Made by a program: the position numbers and the translations under genes
Notes under the pieces: model-generated
The model's input: the letters and a program-made list of their open reading frames with translations, nothing else
The model's database searches: none
Told to the model about the DNA's origin: nothing
In this document: one piece after another, positions 19,174 to 26,342 of the stretch
Layout: each line of letters begins with the position of its first letter
Numbering within the stretch: position 1 is the first letter of the stretch
IMG/VR virus record: IMGVR_UViG_3300034012_001383
Span: 1 to 28,875 of that record
Source: a virus
Lineage: Duplodnaviria > Caudoviricetes
Direction: 5' to 3' (one strand)
Length of the DNA: 28,875 bases

Positions 19174-19565
19174 GCGTGCAGTTTACGATCCTCGGCCGGC
19201 CAGTACCAAAAGGGTCAAGGGTTGCGGGCGTCACGAAAACAGGCCACAGGTTCAATCGTGAAGCAAACAGCAACTACGGCCCCTACGTGGCTGATGCGAA
19301 GAAGCAGCTGCTAGCTCAGCTCGGTAAAGCCGAAATGATCGGCGGGCCCGTCGAACTGCTAGTTGAGTTCACGTATGCGCGACCTAAGAAACCATCGCAC
19401 GATTACCCAAGCCGCGGCGACCTCGACAAGCTAGTCAGAACTGTCGGTGACCTACTGCAACACGTGGGCGTAATCAAGAACGACAGTCAGATCACGCGCA
19501 TCACTGCTGAGAAGCGCTTTGGGGACGTTGATCGGGTTGTAGGGGAAATTATCCCGATCGTTTAA
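19170..19565 (+). CDS. rusA: RusA-like Holliday junction resolvase
   Basis: G.PVPKGS, GPV.L.V.F...RPK, DLDKL.R...D.L, NDSQI....A.K. Confidence 0.88.
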   Translation: MSVQFTILGRPVPKGSRVAGVTKTGHRFNREANSNYGPYVADAKKQLLAQLGKAEMIGGPVELLVEFTYARPKKPSHDYPSRGDLDKLVRTVGDLLQHVGVIKNDSQITRITAEKRFGDVDRVVGEIIPIV

Positions 19566-19646
19566 AACTTCGCCCGCTGCCCTGGGCGAATACATAACTG
19601 CGGCATGCCCCCTAGATGCCGCGGGTTGAGCGCTTGCGCTCCGAAT

Positions 19647-19680
19647 CGCCCCTCTGCCCTCACGGGTAGGGGGGCGTTTT
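19647..19680 (+). terminator. Intrinsic terminator
   Basis: 13-bp stem (two G-U) CGCCCCTCTGCCC-TCAC-GGGTAGGGGGGCG followed by TTTT. Confidence 0.75.
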
Positions 19681-19723
19681 GTCGTTCTTGACGCTATTTG
19701 CGGGTGTTCTGTCACGGCACGGT

Positions 19724-19753
19724 TTGCTTTCCATCCGAACGGCGGTTTATAAC
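19724..19753 (+). promoter_or_regulatory. Putative sigma70/SigA-type promoter for the accessory region
   Basis: TTGCTT (19724-29), 18-nt spacer, TATAAC (19748-53), just after the terminator in a long intergenic gap. Confidence 0.5.
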
Positions 19754-19798
19754 TTCGCGCATTGAAGGAATCCATCGGGGGATGGCGAAAGGGGCAGC

Positions 19799-19984
19799 AT
19801 GAAAGCATTAGCTGGAATGAAAACGAAGGAGCTAACGGTGACATTCACTGAGCAATACTTCGAAGAGTTCAAAAAGCACTGCGACAAGCAGGGCTTGACG
19901 CCGGATCAAATGATTGGGCAGCTCATCGCGGTTGACATGAGTCCACCGAATGTTATTTGGGGCCCGTGGAAGCCCGCGGCATGA
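19799..19984 (+). CDS. Small protein, possible ribbon-helix-helix regulator
   Basis: LTVTF strand, helix, GLT, helix pattern; first gene after promoter. Confidence 0.6.
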   Translation: MKALAGMKTKELTVTFTEQYFEEFKKHCDKQGLTPDQMIGQLIAVDMSPPNVIWGPWKPAA

Positions 19985-20079
19985 GCGACCTTATCTTTGG
20001 TGTTCTTGTTGTGTTCGCTGCCATGTTGTGTGCCTTGATTGGTGTTGGGTTGTGGCTTGCGGCAATGGTGCTCGTATGA
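19981..20079 (+). CDS. 32-aa membrane peptide
   Basis: ATGA-coupled on both sides; MSDLIFGVLVVFAAMLCALIGVGLWLAAMVLV. Confidence 0.55.
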   Translation: MSDLIFGVLVVFAAMLCALIGVGLWLAAMVLV

Positions 20080-20294
20080 AACCGCTTGAGGGGTATGAAG
20101 TTGATCAGCTGCAACACTTGGCGGTCGCTAAGAAGCTCGCTGAGATTGCGCAAACGATGCCAACGCATCCGTTGCATCGTGAGCTTGCGGGCAACGAAAA
20201 GCTAGTGATGAGTGCGATAACGCAAATGCTAATTGACTGTGCTGCTAACGAGGTTGACATTGCCAGGTCGATTGGGGAGGAACACAATGTTTGA
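20076..20294 (+). CDS. Hypothetical protein
   Basis: ATGA-coupled start MKPLEG. Confidence 0.6.
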   Translation: MKPLEGYEVDQLQHLAVAKKLAEIAQTMPTHPLHRELAGNEKLVMSAITQMLIDCAANEVDIARSIGEEHNV

Positions 20295-20436
20295 GTTGAT
20301 TGTTGCGATTGCGTGGTGGCCGATGCTAATTGTCGCTGCGGGACTCATCGCCGTCATTGGGTACATGATCATCGAAACAGTGATGAACAAGGTTTGGGGC
20401 AAACAACCAAAGGGGCAGAAATGGTCACGGAAGTAG
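20287..20436 (+). CDS. Small membrane protein
   Basis: GGAGG RBS; MFELIVAIAWWPMLIVAAGLIAVIGY hydrophobic segment. Confidence 0.6.
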   Translation: MFELIVAIAWWPMLIVAAGLIAVIGYMIIETVMNKVWGKQPKGQKWSRK

Positions 20437-20606
20437 AACTAAGCGAAGCAGCAGATCAAGCCCGTCGCGTGATGGAGCTTGGCGAAATGATGCTAAGGAC
20501 CGCGGTTGATGAGCGGTCGCCGGCCACTGAGCGCGCTGTTGAAGTTGAGCGCTTAACGCATGTTATTAAGGCGCGGTTGCGTGAGGTTGAGCGGGTGATT
20601 TGGTGA
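20421..20606 (+). CDS. Hypothetical protein
   Basis: AAAGGGGCAG upstream of ATG; helical sequence. Confidence 0.6.
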   Translation: MVTEVELSEAADQARRVMELGEMMLRTAVDERSPATERAVEVERLTHVIKARLREVERVIW

Positions 20607-21340
20607 CCGACATGGCACTCGAGCTGTTCAGCACCGAGAAGATGCCAAGCACCGTTAACTTGCTGCTCTATGGGCCTGCTGGGGCGGGTAAGAGCACGGC
20701 CGCAGCGTCGGCACCTGGGCCCGTCATGTTCATCAACCTTGAAGGCCCTAACGCGTTGCACTATGCGCGCAAGTCTGCTCGAGAGGCCGGCACTGACATT
20801 CTCGAAGTCAGGGTTGATTGGGGTGAAGACCCGCGCGCGTACTTCAGGGAGTCCTTTGCCGCTGCTAAAGAGCATGGCGTGAACACAATCGTCATCGACA
20901 CGCTCGGCAAGCTGCGGGATGGCATTGCGTTTCACATTGGCGGCGATCAACCAACAATCGCGCAGTGGGGTCAGGTAGGTAAGGCAATGACCACAATTCT
21001 GCGTGAGCTCCGCGACAGCGACATGAACACTGTCCTGATCTGCCACGAACGCGTGCTGGATTCTGACACGGGCGATCGCATCGTCGAACCATTGGTCGGT
21101 GGTAAGACGACAACTGAGGCGATGGCTGAGGTTGACGTGATCGCTTACTGCGGCGCCGTCAGGGATGAGAAGGGTACGCGCTACCTCGCGCAACTGATCG
21201 AAAGCAAAGGCCGACGCGCTAAGGATCGCTCAGGCGCGCTTGGTGAAATTGTTGAGCTGAATCTGTCGGACCTAATTGCAAGCTATTTGGCGAGCTTCGT
21301 TGATGACTCGCTTCCATTCGATGAAAAGGAAACCGCATGA
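20600..21340 (+). CDS. Sak4-like / AAA_24 P-loop ATPase (single-strand annealing)
   Basis: LLYGPAGAGKST Walker A, TIVIDTL Walker B, VLICHE, AKDRSG; followed by DUF669-like gene. Start may be 20603 or 20612. Confidence 0.88.
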   Translation: MVTDMALELFSTEKMPSTVNLLLYGPAGAGKSTAAASAPGPVMFINLEGPNALHYARKSAREAGTDILEVRVDWGEDPRAYFRESFAAAKEHGVNTIVIDTLGKLRDGIAFHIGGDQPTIAQWGQVGKAMTTILRELRDSDMNTVLICHERVLDSDTGDRIVEPLVGGKTTTEAMAEVDVIAYCGAVRDEKGTRYLAQLIESKGRRAKDRSGALGEIVELNLSDLIASYLASFVDDSLPFDEKETA

Positions 21341-21780
21341 AAATTACAGGGCTTGATCAGGTAGGGACTGAGGAAACACCGCAGACACTAATACCGCCAG
21401 GTGAATACCTGATTGGTGTTACGGCGGCTGAGGAAAAGACAAGCAAGAACGGGCATCCGCAGGTTGCGCTCGACCTAGAGATACTTGAGGGGGAACTCAA
21501 AGGCAGGGGCGTTAAGGATTGGGTGACGGTCACTGAGCGCGCTATGTGGCGCGTGAAGCAGGTACTCGTTGCGATTGGCTACCCAAACGCTGACAGTGGC
21601 GAAGTTGACCTTGAGGCGCCAAAGATGATTGGTGGCAAGGCCATCATCACGATCAAGCATGAGTTGTGGGATGACAAGGTTCGTTTGCGCATTGACCATT
21701 GGGCGCCGGCCGCACAAACGACAAGCAACGCGACAGGCATTGACGCTTCAATAACGACCGAATCTGACCTGCCGTTTTAG
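21337..21780 (+). CDS. DUF669-like ssDNA-binding protein
   Basis: IPPGEY...V...E.KTSKNG, acidic DLPF C-terminus. Confidence 0.82.
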   Translation: MKITGLDQVGTEETPQTLIPPGEYLIGVTAAEEKTSKNGHPQVALDLEILEGELKGRGVKDWVTVTERAMWRVKQVLVAIGYPNADSGEVDLEAPKMIGGKAIITIKHELWDDKVRLRIDHWAPAAQTTSNATGIDASITTESDLPF

Positions 21781-21781
21781 G

Positions 21782-22483
21782 ATGCCTGTGTCCGAGATTG
21801 AGATTGAAGACGTGTTGGAGTTCGCGCGTGAAATGACTCGCTTTAGTGAGCGTGTTCGCAATCCCGATCCCGCAAACGAGCATTACGTGCCGTTCGTTGA
21901 GCCATTCATTCCAAACATCAAGACTGTTAGGAACGTGTGCTCAGCGCGCGGGCCCGAAGCGGCAATGGAATGGTTGCAGGTGCGGTTTGATGCGTCGAAG
22001 CGTGACATTCAGCGCGCTAAGGAACAGGACGCGTTTCGGGCTGAGCATGAACGTAAACGCAGGGAAAAGCACAGGAACGAGGAACGGATGCTCAGCGATG
22101 AGCTGGCACCTGGACGCCGAATTGATCGTGCCCTTAGTCGCTTGCAGTTGCTTAGCGAAACGCAGGCCGCGAACCTTGAGCCGCACATTAGGGGCTCGGA
22201 GCATCCGTCACGGGTGCTGAGCGATTCGCACAGTGATGAGTTTCGTAAGGCGCGCAGCTCAGCGCTTAGTTGTGCTCGTAAGCTCGAGGCCACACTAGAC
22301 AGTCACAGGTACAGGTTGTTGCCACCTAAGTTGCAAGGCAGCATTGACGATCGCCTGAAGAAGCTGGCTGGGTACGCGCCTGACGTGGTTGCACGGCTTG
22401 ATCCGGAACAAGGGTTGCCGCGGCAGATCATTGAGCGTCGTGAAGCGCTTGGTCTTGATCCTATTACGGGCGATCGGGTGTGA
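21782..22483 (+). CDS. Hypothetical protein
   Basis: 233-aa ORF abutting neighbours. Confidence 0.7.
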   Translation: MPVSEIEIEDVLEFAREMTRFSERVRNPDPANEHYVPFVEPFIPNIKTVRNVCSARGPEAAMEWLQVRFDASKRDIQRAKEQDAFRAEHERKRREKHRNEERMLSDELAPGRRIDRALSRLQLLSETQAANLEPHIRGSEHPSRVLSDSHSDEFRKARSSALSCARKLEATLDSHRYRLLPPKLQGSIDDRLKKLAGYAPDVVARLDPEQGLPRQIIERREALGLDPITGDRV

Positions 22484-22686
22484 AGATCAACATGACGACG
22501 CTTACTGTTGGTGCGCCGGCCGAAACGAAGGTGCGCGAGTTGCATGCTGCGTTTAGTGATTGTCTGCCGTTGCTTGTGCATTACTTGACTGGCACTGTTG
22601 ACGAGCAGCAGCATGTTGCGCAGTTGTTGAGGGATCAGTTGCGAAGCATTGAGGCCCTTAGCGGGCAGGCAAGGAGAAAACTATGA
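22480..22686 (+). CDS. Hypothetical protein
   Basis: GTGA/ATGA coupling. Confidence 0.6.
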   Translation: MKINMTTLTVGAPAETKVRELHAAFSDCLPLLVHYLTGTVDEQQHVAQLLRDQLRSIEALSGQARRKL

Positions 22687-22922
22687 AGCGAGCGGAGCCT
22701 AAGAATGTGCCGGTTCAGTGGATGCGGCGCCGCAAAGAACTTGAGGCTGTGAATAGTGCGTTGCCGATCGCTAATGACTGCAGCGACATGTGCCGACGCC
22801 TACGCGACGAAAACAATGACCTAAAGGCTGTGCTTGCCGAGCTCTGCCGGTCGTATGAGCACCTTGAAGCGTCGAAGGCAGCGGTTGACGTCAACATTCT
22901 AATTGCAAAGAGGCGAGTATGA
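22683..22922 (+). CDS. Hypothetical coiled-coil protein
   Basis: AAGGAG RBS; ATGA coupling. Confidence 0.65.
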   Translation: MKRAEPKNVPVQWMRRRKELEAVNSALPIANDCSDMCRRLRDENNDLKAVLAELCRSYEHLEASKAAVDVNILIAKRRV

Positions 22923-23221
22923 GTGAGCTAAGGCGATGGGCGGTTGGTTGGGATGGCACGCAACGGTCAAGCCAGGTCGATGAGCGTGGAGAGTGGGTGC
23001 TGGCCGTTGAAGCTGAGAAGTTGGAAAAGACACTGCGGCAGCTTGTCAAACTGCGTGAGAAGGTTGGGACTCAGCGCGGCTATCGCAGGGGCCTAAGAGA
23101 AGCTGGCTTACCTGACTGGCAAATTGGGAAGCTGATGGAAGGCACGGCATCGCCGCATCATCCGATTCACAAGCCGTTGCCCGAATCAACTGTTGACGCG
23201 AATCTTGAGGGCCTTCGATGA
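22919..23221 (+). CDS. Hypothetical protein
   Basis: ATGA-coupled both sides; resembles 27382-27600. Confidence 0.65.
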   Translation: MSELRRWAVGWDGTQRSSQVDERGEWVLAVEAEKLEKTLRQLVKLREKVGTQRGYRRGLREAGLPDWQIGKLMEGTASPHHPIHKPLPESTVDANLEGLR

Positions 23222-24183
23222 GCTTGCCTGAGCAGGTTGCCGCAATTCAAGACGGCATCGTGCCTGACGGCGACCACCTGGTGACATTGACTGAGGTTGC
23301 GGTTGTGCCTCGCAAGGCCGGTGGTTGGTGGGGGAGGTTCTTGAGTGAAACGAGCGGTGGCCGGCAGCTGCGCGAAATGCGACGGCTCGGCGCCGATCCC
23401 GACGACGCTTTCGTGCTCGATCAGGCCGCTAATCGCAAGTGGGTTGAGTGGGGGCAGCGTATGGGCGTGAATGAGACTGATGCGCGCGGCGTGTTTAACG
23501 CTTTGCATCAGCTGCAGGGGCATCGGTTTACGGCGCGGGTTACGAAGACGGCACACAACACTACCGTGCAGCACAGAGCCTTTGAGGACGTTGTGTTTGC
23601 CACGGGCGGGCAGGCGTTGACGACCGAGGGTGAGATTGTTACGAACGTCGCGCAGGATCAGTACAACCGACTGCTCGAGGGCTTGTCGGCGTCACGGCTT
23701 GCGCTCAGCGCCGTTGCGCAGGCATGCCACGACATTAGCCGCGACAAAAGCTGGACTGACCTGGGCTACGAATCACTTGCTGAGTTCTTGGCGAGCCCTG
23801 AGATCACGTTGACGCGCAGCAACTTCTTTAGGATGGCGCAGATTTGGCAGCTGTATGTGCTTGATGGTGGCGTTGATCCGCGGCAGCTAGCCGTTGCGGG
23901 CCCGTCAAAGTTTGCGATTCCTTTGCGCGCGCTTGGTGCTAACGAAGTAACGGTTGAGGAGGCACTAGCAGACGTTGAAACGCTCGGTGCGCGTGACCTG
24001 CGAGAGAAATACGAACTGCCGAAAGAAGAGTCGCAACGTTGCGACCCTCTCGACAGGCTGCTTGACGATGATGTGATTGACGCTGCGATCGCCTGCTTCG
24101 AGGGCACTACCGCGTCGGGCCGTGAGCAGTGGGCCGTGACGTTGACTGAGATCCGCGACTACATTAAGGCGAGCAATGCGTGA
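23218..24183 (+). CDS. Hypothetical two-domain protein (C-terminal helical, possible DNA-binding domain)
   Basis: 321 aa; W..LGYESLAEFL...EI.L.RS..FR motif of a kind common in phage DNA-binding proteins. Confidence 0.65.
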   Translation: MSLPEQVAAIQDGIVPDGDHLVTLTEVAVVPRKAGGWWGRFLSETSGGRQLREMRRLGADPDDAFVLDQAANRKWVEWGQRMGVNETDARGVFNALHQLQGHRFTARVTKTAHNTTVQHRAFEDVVFATGGQALTTEGEIVTNVAQDQYNRLLEGLSASRLALSAVAQACHDISRDKSWTDLGYESLAEFLASPEITLTRSNFFRMAQIWQLYVLDGGVDPRQLAVAGPSKFAIPLRALGANEVTVEEALADVETLGARDLREKYELPKEESQRCDPLDRLLDDDVIDAAIACFEGTTASGREQWAVTLTEIRDYIKASNA

Positions 24184-24454
24184 GCAGCAAATGAAAGCAC
24201 TTGAGCAAGCTAACGTGGTGAGGTTTGCTGCCGCTGACGTGAAGCGTGAGCTGCGTGACGGACGCTTGTTGCTTGGTGATGCTTTGTGGGATGAGCGCGC
24301 GCAAAGCATTGTGCTGCGCACGTTGCTTATGACACGTGATCGTGTTGGGCCTGTGCGCGTTGATAGGCTGCTAAGGCGTCTTGAAATTAACGGTCATAAG
24401 CGCGTCAGTGACCTTACTGAGCGTCAGAAGGGTGTGGTTGCTGATGCGTCGTAA
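24176..24454 (+). CDS. Actinobacterial integration host factor (mIHF/sIHF)-like H2TH protein
   Basis: ALEQAN.VR...ADVKRELRDG; LL....VGPVR...LL..LEI...KRV.DLTERQ, matching the mIHF pattern. Confidence 0.8.
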   Translation: MREQQMKALEQANVVRFAAADVKRELRDGRLLLGDALWDERAQSIVLRTLLMTRDRVGPVRVDRLLRRLEINGHKRVSDLTERQKGVVADAS

Positions 24455-24752
24455 GAAAGCTGAACGTAAGGATAAGCCGGTGCAAGAACGCTGGGTCGTT
24501 TGCGATGGCCTGGACTGTAGAGTAAGCAAGTATCCGCCAGCTGTTGGGATGGTTGACGCTGACGTGCAGGGCTTTGAGTTTGCGCATGCGACAGAACTTG
24601 CCGCGCGCGTCACGGGTCAGACGCGGTGGGAGGTAGTTCGGTTGAGGGCGTGGCGGTTGGCGCGGGCTGGTGGGGTGCCTGTGTCGGCCGTCACTGCCGA
24701 ACAGTTGTTGACGAGGGCTGATGAGGGGGTGTCTGATGGCGAGGCATCGTAA
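24444..24752 (+). CDS. Hypothetical protein
   Basis: Overlaps neighbours on + strand. Confidence 0.55.
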   Translation: MRRKKAERKDKPVQERWVVCDGLDCRVSKYPPAVGMVDADVQGFEFAHATELAARVTGQTRWEVVRLRAWRLARAGGVPVSAVTAEQLLTRADEGVSDGEAS

Positions 24753-25041
24753 TTGGGCTGAAGCTAGGCAAAAGGTGACGGATGCTGGCAGGTGCCGTGT
24801 GTGTCGGACTGGTTCGCCGCCGATTGATGCTGCGCATGTCATTCCGAGGTCGATGGCTCCGAATGGTGGGGAGCACGCTGACGCGATTGTTGAATTGTGT
24901 AGGGAGTGTCACAACAAGTTTGATTCCCATGAGCTCGACTTGCTCCCGTATTTGAGTCTTGCCGAGCAGCTGAGCGCCGTCACGGTTGCTGGGGGCATTG
25001 AGGCAGCGAGGCGCCAAATAACGGGAAGGCGTAATGACTGA
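24736..25041 (+). CDS. HNH-family endonuclease-like protein
   Basis: CRVC, DAAHVIPRS..GG, LCRECHNKFD; GAGGGGG RBS. Confidence 0.82.
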   Translation: MARHRNWAEARQKVTDAGRCRVCRTGSPPIDAAHVIPRSMAPNGGEHADAIVELCRECHNKFDSHELDLLPYLSLAEQLSAVTVAGGIEAARRQITGRRND

Positions 25042-25153
25042 CGACGATTGGGATGAGGCCGCGTCGATTGCGGCGGCTGATGATGCTGATGAAGCGCATG
25101 AGCGTGAACTTGAACTGCAATACGAATACGACAGGGGAACTGATGATGAGTAG
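25034..25153 (+). CDS. Highly acidic 39-aa peptide (absent from ORF track)
   Basis: GGAAGG RBS; MTDDDWDEAASIAAADDADEAHERELELQYEYDRGTDDE. Confidence 0.5.
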   Translation: MTDDDWDEAASIAAADDADEAHERELELQYEYDRGTDDE

Positions 25154-25175
25154 TGTTTTGATTGGGCAACGGGCA

Positions 25176-25502
25176 ATGAAGGCGTTTGTGTTGGGGCTGC
25201 TTGCCGCGGCGCTAATGGCCGGTAGTGCTGACGCGAAGATGCCAGCGCATTGGCAGCTTTGGGTGAAGATGGGGCGCTGTGAGCAGCCAGGGCGCGGCGC
25301 TTGGGGTGTTCGTTGGAGTCATCCTGGGCCGACGTATCAGGGCGGCTTGGGCTTTTATCATGCGACTTGGGATGGCTTTAAGCCTCGCGGCTTTCCTAAC
25401 AATGCTGGGCAGGCGACGTGGCGGCAGCAGATGCAGGTCGCAAATATCGTTGCTCGGCGCGTCGGGTATTCGGCGTGGGCTTGTTGGAGCCGTATCCGAT
25501 GA
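25176..25502 (+). CDS. Secreted resuscitation-promoting factor (Rpf)-like lytic transglycosylase
   Basis: Signal peptide MKAFVLGLLAAALMAGSADA; W...RCE (catalytic Glu), YQGGLGF...TW, A..AT..QQ..VA, G..AW.C. Confidence 0.85.
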   Translation: MKAFVLGLLAAALMAGSADAKMPAHWQLWVKMGRCEQPGRGAWGVRWSHPGPTYQGGLGFYHATWDGFKPRGFPNNAGQATWRQQMQVANIVARRVGYSAWACWSRIR

Positions 25503-25915
25503 ACGTCGATGATGCAATTGGCACCATTATGCTTAGGGGCGATGAGTCGGAGCCCGCTGTGGTTGCTGCTCGAGCACTAATGCTTGCCCCGTTGGTTGAT
25601 GACGATTTTTTGTTGTGGGCGATGACTGAGCGTGTGAAGTGGTCGCAGCGAAACGTGCGCAATGTGTCTGCGCCGTCACAAGGTGCGGCTGGCAAGAGTA
25701 AGTGGGCTGCGTTTCCTGTCGTTGCGCCGTTTGTCAACAAGTTTCTTGCTGATTGCACTGCTGATGATTTGGCAATGATTGTTGCGGAGTATGACGGTCA
25801 GATTGCGGCTAGTGCAGCGAAGCGTGATGGGTTTGTTGTGTTGTTGCGTGATCTTCAAGTTTCGGGTTGCTGCACTGTTGGTGAGTTGCGCGCCCAATCA
25901 AGCGAGGCAGCATGA
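25499..25915 (+). CDS. Hypothetical protein directly upstream of the guide array
   Basis: ATGA-coupled to Rpf gene; stop lies inside the first array stem. Confidence 0.7.
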   Translation: MNVDDAIGTIMLRGDESEPAVVAARALMLAPLVDDDFLLWAMTERVKWSQRNVRNVSAPSQGAAGKSKWAAFPVVAPFVNKFLADCTADDLAMIVAEYDGQIAASAAKRDGFVVLLRDLQVSGCCTVGELRAQSSEAA

Positions 25916-26312
25916 CCGCGACCAAATCAGGATCGAGATCCATAGATCGTGCGTCGCGGCGTGTTGCCGTTCATTTTGCCGGAAGCCAGTCTGATGTCGA
26001 TGACCAACACACCAACGCTTCCGGCAACCATCTTGCTACGAGCCAATTTACGGCCGATAACCAGCGCTGTATCGCTCGTAGCAACCATCTTCCCGACGGC
26101 CACGCCTCATGCGTTTGCGATTTACCTCCCGCCGTCGGGCTCAATCTTCGCGCAGGCCACGGTGCAAGCGATAACCATAGTTGGGACGCCTGCGTGAACC
26201 ATCTTGCTACGAGTCAAGGTTTGCACGATAACCAGGCCGCCAACGCTCGTAGCAACCATTTTGCCGCAAGCCAGACCGATTGCGATGACCACGGTGAAAT
26301 CGCTTGCGGCAA
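25906..26312 (+). ncRNA. Stem-loop TIGR-like dual-spacer guide RNA array, 7 units
   Basis: Units at 25976, 26033, 26090, 26147, 26204, 26261 (57-nt period) plus one at 25906-25968. Each is inverted-repeat stem, CA, 9-nt variable, CGATRACCA-type 9-mer, 9-nt variable, C, complementary stem; CCATC-like linkers. Confidence 0.9.
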
Positions 26313-26342
26313 CACTTTTGATAACCAAATAAAGGGGCAGCA

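Noticed and set aside
24478-24486. Self-target of spacer U4-A (CGGTGCAAG)
   Set aside because: Only a 9-nt match, and the flanks do not match the B half. A few such hits are expected by chance in 29 kb.
25053-25175. N-terminal extension of the Rpf-like ORF given in the ORF track
   Set aside because: The signal peptide starts at ATG 25176, and the upstream stretch is better explained by the acidic peptide in another frame.
25906-26312. CRISPR array
   Set aside because: No identical direct repeats, variable segments are only 9 nt and paired inside each hairpin, and no cas genes are present.
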